Shown: positions 26,235 through 32,000 of the stretch, one piece after another
Numbering within the stretch: position 1 is the first letter of the stretch
Layout: each line of letters starts with the position of its first letter
Assembly: GCA_963663995.1 (NCBI GenBank)
Contig: OY760660.1
Span: 390,001-422,000, forward strand
Direction of reading: 5' to 3'
Source: Erysipelotrichaceae bacterium
Lineage (GTDB): Bacteria > Bacillota_I > Bacilli_A > Erysipelotrichales > Erysipelotrichaceae
Length of the DNA stretch: 32,000 nt
The notes under the pieces: generated by a model
The model's database searches: none
Told to the model about the DNA's origin: nothing
What the model saw: the letters and a program-made list of their open reading frames with translations, nothing else
Translations under genes and position numbers: made by a program

Positions 26235-26720
26235 ATGTTAAAGCAAATCTTTAAACCTGATATGATTTTGAATTCTTTAAGCGATTTAAGCGCAGAAGAC
26301 TTTAAAAAATATGCGATAAAAACCCTCATTCTGGATGTCGATAATACTTTGATTGCCAAAGAATTTCTCGCCTTAAATGAGGGTATTTTAGATAGTATTA
26401 AATATTTCAAAACTATAGGGATAAAAATTGTATTAGTGACGAATAATTCTGGTATAAGACGAATCAAACTTGCGAATAAATTGGATCTTAAATTATTAAC
26501 AACAGCCCTAAAACCCTTTACATTTCGCTTTAAACAATTTAAATTAAAACAGCACTTAGAAGAGCCGATGATGATGGTGGGCGATCAGTTATTTACTGAT
26601 ATCATCTTTGCGAAAAGAATTAAAGCTGTTTCTGTACTAGTGAATCCTTTATCAGAAAAGGAATACATTAGCACTAAAATACTACGGACATTAGAAAGAA
26701 AATTGGTTGATCGATCATGA
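26235..26720 (+). CDS. yqeG: YqeG-family HAD phosphatase (subfamily IIIA)
   Basis: MLKQIFKPD N-terminus aligns with Bacillus YqeG (MLKKFFLPD). Motifs LILDVDNTLI and VGDQLFTDI. First gene of the conserved yqeG-yqeH-yhbY-nadD-yqeK-rsfS cluster. Confidence 0.85.
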   Translation: MLKQIFKPDMILNSLSDLSAEDFKKYAIKTLILDVDNTLIAKEFLALNEGILDSIKYFKTIGIKIVLVTNNSGIRRIKLANKLDLKLLTTALKPFTFRFKQFKLKQHLEEPMMMVGDQLFTDIIFAKRIKAVSVLVNPLSEKEYISTKILRTLERKLVDRS

Positions 26721-27751
26721 ATGAAATTAGACATTGTTTAGGTTGTGGAGTTGTTCTACAAAATAGCGATAAAGAAAAAGTAGGCTATAGTCCTAAATTA
26801 GAGAATGATTTATGTCAACGTTGTTTTCGTTTAAAACATTATGGTGATACAGCCGTCATTGATATGCACGGAGTAGAATCAGAAGATGTATTAGAATCGA
26901 TTAAGGGCATTGAGGGTAAAGTTGTCTTAATGGTCGATGTTACAGATATAGAAAGTACTTTGTTTAGTGGTATTAGACGTCATTTAATCGATCGTGAATT
27001 AATTTTGGTTGTCACAAAAAGAGACTTACTACCTAAAACCGTTTCTGAACAAAAGATTATTCGAACTTTACAAGCTCGGGTAAGAGAAGAAGCCGTTGAA
27101 TTTAGTGAAGCGATTTTGATTTCAATTTTTGATCAAAAATCATTAGATAACGCGAAAAGAATTTTATTGAAACACGCTAAAGACAGTAACTTAATTGTGA
27201 TGGGCTATGCGAATACAGGGAAATCTAGCTTTTTAAATAAAATTTGTTCTACCGATTTTACGGTTTCTCCATATGCAAATACAACTTTAAATATTCAAGC
27301 AGCAGATTTTGGACAACATAAAATCTATGACACACCTGGGATTCGTATGGAAGCATCTTATTTAGATCATTTGGATGCGAAAACTCAAGCTAAATATAGT
27401 ATCAATAAAGCACTCAAACCAATCACCCATCAATTAAAAGGGGATCAAGTCTTCTTTATCCCAAATTGTGTGGATGTCGTTATTCAAGCTGTAGGAGAAG
27501 GCTCAATTACACTTTTCTTCTCAGATGAATTAAATATTCATCGTACTAAGCTTGAAAATAGAGAAAATTATATAAGTAAACATATTAACTATCCAAGTAA
27601 AACTCATCAACTCAATTTTAATTTAGATGAAGGACGATATGATATTGTTATTAAACAACTTGGTTGGTTGTCAGTTAAAGGTGAAGGATTTAAGATTAAG
27701 ACAACATCAATCTTAAAAGATGGTGTTGTGATCAGAAAGGCAATGATTTAA
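26717..27751 (+). CDS. yqeH: Ribosome biogenesis GTPase YqeH (circularly permuted)
   Basis: N-terminal zinc finger CLGCG...CQRCFRLKHYG. Permuted order G4 TKRD, then G1 GYANTGKSSFLN, then G3 DTPG. ATGA overlap with yqeG. Confidence 0.9.
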   Translation: MNEIRHCLGCGVVLQNSDKEKVGYSPKLENDLCQRCFRLKHYGDTAVIDMHGVESEDVLESIKGIEGKVVLMVDVTDIESTLFSGIRRHLIDRELILVVTKRDLLPKTVSEQKIIRTLQARVREEAVEFSEAILISIFDQKSLDNAKRILLKHAKDSNLIVMGYANTGKSSFLNKICSTDFTVSPYANTTLNIQAADFGQHKIYDTPGIRMEASYLDHLDAKTQAKYSINKALKPITHQLKGDQVFFIPNCVDVVIQAVGEGSITLFFSDELNIHRTKLENRENYISKHINYPSKTHQLNFNLDEGRYDIVIKQLGWLSVKGEGFKIKTTSILKDGVVIRKAMI

Positions 27752-28035
27752 TGTTAGATAAAAAGAAAAAACAACAGTTAAAGGCGATGGGTAATTCACT
27801 TAAAGCAACTGTTCAAATTGGTAAAGATGGATTAAGTGATAATGTTATTGATATGTGTGAGAGATCTCTTGAAGCACATGAATTAGTTAAGATTTCTATT
27901 CTCAAGTCTTGTATGATTTCTGTTAATGAAATCGCGCTAGATTTAAGTCTAAATACACATAGTGATATTGTAAATATCATCGGTCGTACGATTCTTTTAT
28001 ATCGTCAAAGTGCAAAGAGAAAGATTCAATTTTAA
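27751..28035 (+). CDS. yhbY: RNA-binding protein YhbY/YqeI (CRS1-YhbY domain)
   Basis: 94 aa with KQQLKAMGNSLKATVQIGKDGLSDNVI...HELVKISIL. TAATG overlaps on both sides. Confidence 0.9.
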   Translation: MLDKKKKQQLKAMGNSLKATVQIGKDGLSDNVIDMCERSLEAHELVKISILKSCMISVNEIALDLSLNTHSDIVNIIGRTILLYRQSAKRKIQF

Positions 28036-29054
28036 TGAAACATATTCTCTGTTTTGGTGGTAGCTTTAACCCTGTACATAAAGCTCATTTTGAAATCGCA
28101 AAAAAAGCGCTTAAACAAAGCCAAGCAGATGAATGTTGGTTTATTCCCAGTTTGAATAACCCATTTAAATTAGATGACTCATCAGATTTTGAAATACGTT
28201 GTCAATGTATTGAAGCCATGATAAATGGTTTTGATAAGTTTAAAGTCTCTCGCATAGAAGCAAGTTTAGAGATCCCTAGTTATACTATTAACACGGTGAA
28301 AGCATTACAAAAGTCATATCCTGATTTTAAATTCTCGTTTTTAATTGGATCAGACCAAGCACTAAAATTTGAACAGTGGAAAGATGCAAAAGAACTGTTA
28401 AAACTAATTGATTTTTATGTGTATAAAAGAGAGAAAAAAGTAGATATACCGAAAGTCTTTAAACTTATTGAAAGTACAGATATTTTTGATATTTCAAGTA
28501 CAGAGATTAGAGAAGGAAATGTATCGCATCTTCACTATAATGTTTTGCGCAAAATGATAGAACATGAGTTTCATGTTGAAAATCTAGCACAATCATTAGT
28601 AAGTGAGAAACGTTTTAAGCATATTCAAGCGATGACAAAACTCGCTTTAGGTATTGCTTCAGCTCATGATATGGATACACATCAAGTGTATTTAGCCGCT
28701 CTATTTCATGATTGCGCTAAAGAATGGCCAATTGAAAAATTGAGAAAAACACTTGAAGTTTGTGATCCTAAATTTCTTGAAAAACCTGAGTATATGTGGC
28801 ATGCACGCTGTGGTGCTTACTATGCAAAGCATGTATTACAAATTCAAGATAAACTGGTCCTACAAGCCATTACACATCATGTTGAAGGATTAGATCATCA
28901 TCCACTATCACAACTTATCTATATTGCTGATAAATGTGATGAGACTAGAGGCTATGATGCCTCAAAGCTTATCCAAATAGCGTATGATAATATTGAAAAT
29001 GGCTATAAGGCTGTAGTTGAAAATACTAAGAACTATTATGAAGGGAAATCTTGA
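28035..29054 (+). CDS. nadD: Fusion of nicotinate-nucleotide adenylyltransferase NadD and HD-domain YqeK (Ap4A hydrolase family)
   Basis: N-terminal half has GGSFNPVHKAH (the HxGH-type motif) and ISSTEIRE. C-terminal half has RFKHIQAM...ALFHDCAKE...THHVEG...IADK HD-domain residues. It is one uninterrupted 339-aa frame. Confidence 0.88.
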   Translation: MKHILCFGGSFNPVHKAHFEIAKKALKQSQADECWFIPSLNNPFKLDDSSDFEIRCQCIEAMINGFDKFKVSRIEASLEIPSYTINTVKALQKSYPDFKFSFLIGSDQALKFEQWKDAKELLKLIDFYVYKREKKVDIPKVFKLIESTDIFDISSTEIREGNVSHLHYNVLRKMIEHEFHVENLAQSLVSEKRFKHIQAMTKLALGIASAHDMDTHQVYLAALFHDCAKEWPIEKLRKTLEVCDPKFLEKPEYMWHARCGAYYAKHVLQIQDKLVLQAITHHVEGLDHHPLSQLIYIADKCDETRGYDASKLIQIAYDNIENGYKAVVENTKNYYEGKS

Positions 29055-29388
29055 TTTGAATAAAGTACAAATTATTTTAAAAACATTGGATGAAAAGAAA
29101 GCAACGAATATTAAGGTCTATGACCTAAATGATGTTGATTTGATTCATGAAACGATGATCATTGCGAGTGTTAATAATATTCGTTTATTAAATGCACTAA
29201 AAGATTATGTAGTTGATGATTTAGAAAAGAATGGATTTGATATTCATCATATTGAAGGCAGAGGAGAATCTGATTGGTTACTTATCGATGTCTTTGATGT
29301 CGTTGTGCACCTATTTTTAGATGAATCTCGATTACATTATTCTTTAGATCGATTATGGGCAGATAAATTAGTTCATGGAGAAATATAA
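29038..29388 (+). CDS. rsfS: Ribosomal silencing factor RsfS (YqeL)
   Basis: LDEKKATNIKVYDL...MIIASVNNIRLLNAL...GESDWLLIDVFDVVVHLF is the RsfS/Iojap signature. The start is ambiguous (ATG 29017, ATG 29038 or TTG 29056) and overlaps the end of nadD-yqeK. Confidence 0.88.
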   Translation: MKGNLDLNKVQIILKTLDEKKATNIKVYDLNDVDLIHETMIIASVNNIRLLNALKDYVVDDLEKNGFDIHHIEGRGESDWLLIDVFDVVVHLFLDESRLHYSLDRLWADKLVHGEI

Positions 29389-30068
29389 TGATTGCGATTA
29401 TTGGGGCAATGGATGAAGAAGTATCTGAATTAGTAAAACTAATGGATACAAGTGAAATTAAAGCAATTAATGGTGTTGATTTTATCATAGGAAAATTAAA
29501 CCAAAAAGAGGTTTGTGTTTTTCAAAGTGGGATAGGTTTAACCAATGCAGCAATGCGAACAACCATGGCTTTTGATCATTTTGATATTTCAGGGGTTGTT
29601 AATATTGGGACAGCAGGGGGGATTGGTAATACTGTAGAAGTTTTAGATGTTATTATCTCAACAAAAGTGACTTATCATGAATTTGATATTTCTGTTTTTG
29701 GAAATCCGCGTAGTTTTTCTGATGATAATCGTTTTTTATATCATGCCGATTCAAACTATATCAAACTTGCACAAGAATGTATTGATGATCGTGTCTTACT
29801 TGGACCAATGGTTTCAGGTAATCAGTTTATCTCAGAAGAAAGTCAAATTCAAAACATTGAAAAATACTATCCAGAATCACTTTGTGCTGATATGGAAGCT
29901 GCGTCAGTAGCGCATGTTTCAAGTTTCTATAAAAAACCATTTATTATTTTAAGATCAATATCAGATCATGTAAAACATCATGATAATAATTTAAGTTTTG
30001 AAGAATATCTTCAAAAAGCTTCAAAAAGAAGTGCTGAATTTGTATATAAGTTTGTCGCTAAACTTTAG
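29388..30068 (+). CDS. mtnN: 5'-methylthioadenosine/S-adenosylhomocysteine nucleosidase
   Basis: MIAIIGAMDEEV start, GIGLTNAAM, GTAGG and EMEAASVAHV motifs. TAATG overlap with rsfS. Confidence 0.93.
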   Translation: MIAIIGAMDEEVSELVKLMDTSEIKAINGVDFIIGKLNQKEVCVFQSGIGLTNAAMRTTMAFDHFDISGVVNIGTAGGIGNTVEVLDVIISTKVTYHEFDISVFGNPRSFSDDNRFLYHADSNYIKLAQECIDDRVLLGPMVSGNQFISEESQIQNIEKYYPESLCADMEAASVAHVSSFYKKPFIILRSISDHVKHHDNNLSFEEYLQKASKRSAEFVYKFVAKL

Positions 30069-30078
30069 GAGATATTAG

Positions 30079-30666
30079 ATGGGCTTTGAGACAAGTCAAA
30101 TTGTAGAGTTTTGGTTTAAACTTTTAATCGAGTACCGTGATTTAGGTCCAATTGCACCGATTGCTTTTATCATGCTAGAATCAATTTTTCCTTTTCTACC
30201 ACTCGTTTTAATTGTTGCCTTTAATATTAGTGCTTATGGATCATTTTGGGGTTTCATCTATTCTTTAATTGGGAATATATGTGGTTCTTTACTGGTCTTT
30301 TTTATTTTTAGATTTTTTAAACATCAGCCATTTATGAATCGATTTGTTCATCGCAAAAGAGTTGAGAAATGGCTTCAATGGGTCCTTCAACAACATCCAT
30401 CATTTTTAGCTTTTCTATTTTCTTCACCTTTTACGCCAAGTTCCTTTGTTAATATATCCTTTGGTTTATCTGGATACAGTAAACGTTTATTTACTTTGAG
30501 TATGATTATTGGGAAAACTTTCTTAATGTTATTTCTACTTAGTTTTGGGGCATCATTGAATGTTATTAATGAAAAACCCTACCTAATGATTCTTGTTTTG
30601 GCAGGGTATGGTATTGTTTATCTTTTATCTCAAAAATATGGCAGAGTTACTGGTGAAGAAAATTAA
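30079..30666 (+). CDS. DedA/TVP38-TMEM64 (VTT domain) family membrane protein
   Basis: 195-aa polytopic protein with the ESIFPFLPL motif region typical of the VTT/SNARE-associated family. GGAGA SD. Confidence 0.72.
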   Translation: MGFETSQIVEFWFKLLIEYRDLGPIAPIAFIMLESIFPFLPLVLIVAFNISAYGSFWGFIYSLIGNICGSLLVFFIFRFFKHQPFMNRFVHRKRVEKWLQWVLQQHPSFLAFLFSSPFTPSSFVNISFGLSGYSKRLFTLSMIIGKTFLMLFLLSFGASLNVINEKPYLMILVLAGYGIVYLLSQKYGRVTGEEN

Positions 30667-31175
30667 TTTGTATATTCTGCTTTCCAAAGTTGGTTTTCAA
30701 CCATCCATTGCTTAATATTTTGTGCAGTAAATAATGAATCATCTCGCCATTCATATACAGAATGAACTTGGATTTTATCATTTTCATAACTCAAAAGTGC
30801 AAAAGCTGGATAATTTGAAAAACCAAGGTGATCTTTTAATGCTGAAGGTAAGATGTTTTCATTGATTTCAGTAATATCAACGAAATAGATTTGATCAAAT
30901 ACATCAGTATTAGCGATATCTAAGAGTGCAGGAATGATTTCGGTATCAGTATAAATACAATCAGCATTTTCAAAACTACAGAAAAAGTAAGCTTTTGTAT
31001 CATTACCAATATGCTCTTTAATGTTTAAATAATCAACATGTAGGCTATTGTAATGATTAAATTCTACGATTTCAACTTCTTTTGGTTGAAAGAATAAATA
31101 GAGTATTGATAGAAGCATTGACATGACAATAAAGGCAAGAATGCTTAAATGAATTGGGTGTCTTTTTTGTTTCAT
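30663..31175 (-). CDS. N-terminally membrane-anchored hypothetical protein (possible thioredoxin-like fold without CxxC)
   Basis: Basic N-terminus and one TM segment (LSILAFIVMSMLLSILYLFF). The extracytoplasmic part has a YFFCSFENADC...IYFVDI...YPAFALL...NIKQWM pattern loosely like membrane thioredoxin-family proteins. The function call is weak. 4-nt convergent overlap with the DedA gene. Confidence 0.65.
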   Translation of the reverse strand: MKQKRHPIHLSILAFIVMSMLLSILYLFFQPKEVEIVEFNHYNSLHVDYLNIKEHIGNDTKAYFFCSFENADCIYTDTEIIPALLDIANTDVFDQIYFVDITEINENILPSALKDHLGFSNYPAFALLSYENDKIQVHSVYEWRDDSLFTAQNIKQWMVENQLWKAEYTN

Positions 31176-31234
31176 CTTTATTAGTTTAACATGAAAATAG
31201 AACGTACATTTCTCTTATTTCAAAAGCAAGACTT

Positions 31235-31243
31235 TGGTATAAT
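31235..31243 (+). promoter_or_regulatory. Extended -10 promoter for the 153-aa gene
   Basis: TGGTATAAT, with exactly 7 nt between the hexamer and the ATG at 31251 and no SD. Confidence 0.45.
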
Positions 31244-31250
31244 GTAGTTC

Positions 31251-31712
31251 ATGAATTCAGAACTAGCTCAACGTTTAAAAATTATTTTAATCATCAGTGG
31301 ATTTTTACTTTCTGCATTTATTTTCTATGTTTGGTTAATTGGTCCTATACAAGGTTTTGCGGCAGAGAATAAGCTGTTTTTAGAAAAGTTATACGATAAC
31401 ACTGTCTTTGATAATTGCGAACTCATCACAAATACTCAAATTGATAGTGAATCTCATCTTGCGCAGTGCCAAGTTAATGAAAGTCATATGGTTTATCTGA
31501 ATATGGATGACGATGCTAAGATTCTAGATCGACATAATTTCTTATTGGATCAATATGTAGAGAGTATTGATTTAATTAAAAGATTATATCAAGTTGATAT
31601 GGTTCAATTTTCTTATTACAATAATCAATTTGTCTTTAATATTAAAACGGTAGATGAAGAATTATTCTTAGATATTACAAATTTAGAGAAAGTGTTTAGT
31701 GTGAAAAAATGA
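31251..31712 (+). CDS. Membrane-anchored hypothetical protein (tentatively YpmB/PepSY-like)
   Basis: One N-terminal TM segment (IILIISGFLLSAFIFYVWLI), then two short modules ending ...VYLNMDDDAKIL and ...LFLDITNLEKV, reminiscent of PepSY repeats. ATGA overlap with the downstream dnaD-like gene. Confidence 0.65.
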   Translation: MNSELAQRLKIILIISGFLLSAFIFYVWLIGPIQGFAAENKLFLEKLYDNTVFDNCELITNTQIDSESHLAQCQVNESHMVYLNMDDDAKILDRHNFLLDQYVESIDLIKRLYQVDMVQFSYYNNQFVFNIKTVDEELFLDITNLEKVFSVKK

Positions 31713-32000
31713 AAAATAATCCATTTATAGACTATATTAATTTAAGTGATTGGATTTTAGATCACATCAATCAATTAGATTTAGATACGCAAGAAACGAT
31801 TGTTTTACTTCAACTTGAATATTTAATACGTAAACAAAAACATATAGATCCAAAGCTCTTATCCAAACAATGTAATTTATCAGTAAAAGATTTTGATAAG
31901 AATTTAACATCGCTCATTCAAAAAGGTTATGTAAAAGTACTCATCAGTGAACAATCCGTTGGTTATGAATTGCAAAATTTATTTTCAAAAACGAGTGCGA
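31709..32000 (+). CDS. dnaD: DnaD-like replication initiation/primosome protein, N-terminal part (3' end outside window)
   Basis: Open frame from the ATG at 31709 to the window end; it is absent from the ORF track because it has no stop. MKNNPFIDY...LDLDTQETIVLLQLEYL...LTSLIQKGYVKV resembles the DnaD N-terminal winged-helix domain (Bacillus ...LGLNETELILLLKIK...FIQKGFL). Confidence 0.65.
   Translation, partial: MKNNPFIDYINLSDWILDHINQLDLDTQETIVLLQLEYLIRKQKHIDPKLLSKQCNLSVKDFDKNLTSLIQKGYVKVLISEQSVGYELQNLFSKTSA

Noticed and set aside
26171-26467. 98-aa minus-strand ORF opposite yqeG
   Set aside because: It overlaps the yqeG coding region and the divergent promoter region. The yqeG frame has clear HAD-IIIA motifs, while this one has none.
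29282-29910. ORFs 29282-29488(-) and 29677-29910(+) overlapping rsfS/mtnN
   Set aside because: They are off-frame or antisense readings of well-supported genes, with Ile/Phe/Leu-rich composition.
1-32000. Search by eye for CRISPR repeats, IS/transposase or integrase genes, phage genes, toxin-antitoxin pairs, and tRNA or rRNA genes
   Set aside because: I found no regularly spaced repeats beyond the MraZ boxes and no terminal inverted repeats. No ORF has recombinase, transposase or defence-type motifs. No tRNA-like T-arm or acceptor signatures were noticed. A tRNAscan/Infernal run would be needed to exclude small RNAs formally.

Overview
This is an AT-rich chromosomal segment that uses the standard bacterial code: TGA terminates mraY, the ComN-like gene, yqeG and nadD-yqeK, and Trp is TGG. 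The source looks like a low-GC, wall-bearing Firmicute (Bacilli/Erysipelotrichia-like); the exact taxon cannot be determined from the sequence. The window is almost entirely housekeeping and densely packed, and it reads as five Bacillus-like synteny blocks joined end to end. (1) A short dcw cluster, mraZ-rsmH-ftsL-PBP2B-mraY-murD. (2) ComN-like, secDF, recJ, apt, relA, a T-box leader, hisS, aspS and a structured RNA. (3) yneF, plsY (minus strand), parE and parC. (4) yqeG, yqeH, yhbY, a nadD-yqeK fusion, rsfS and mtnN. (5) A DedA/TVP38 protein, two small membrane-anchored proteins and the 5' part of a dnaD-like gene. I saw no rRNA, tRNA, CRISPR array, transposase, integrase or phage genes. I did not find a clear novel multi-gene system. 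The least explained region is 17.0-20.1 kb. It holds a ~180-nt structured RNA with its own -10 box and terminator (6S RNA by synteny and fold, or a cis-leader). This is followed by an ABC exporter with no Shine-Dalgarno (SD) site, translationally overlapped with an XRE-HTH plus helical-domain regulator. After that comes a small orphan unit with a consensus SD, two strong hairpins and a possible 42-codon Cys-containing ORF. Other points worth checking are: a hisS-aspS T-box whose specifier and discriminator-pairing base both point to tRNA-Asp; a His/Asp-rich tail on HisRS overlapping the aspS start; a four-box phased MraZ operator; a recurrent extended -10 placed 6-7 nt before an ATG with no SD (leaderless-mRNA geometry) at several first genes; a nadD-yqeK fusion; and a HAD-fold protein that appears to lack the Asp nucleophile.
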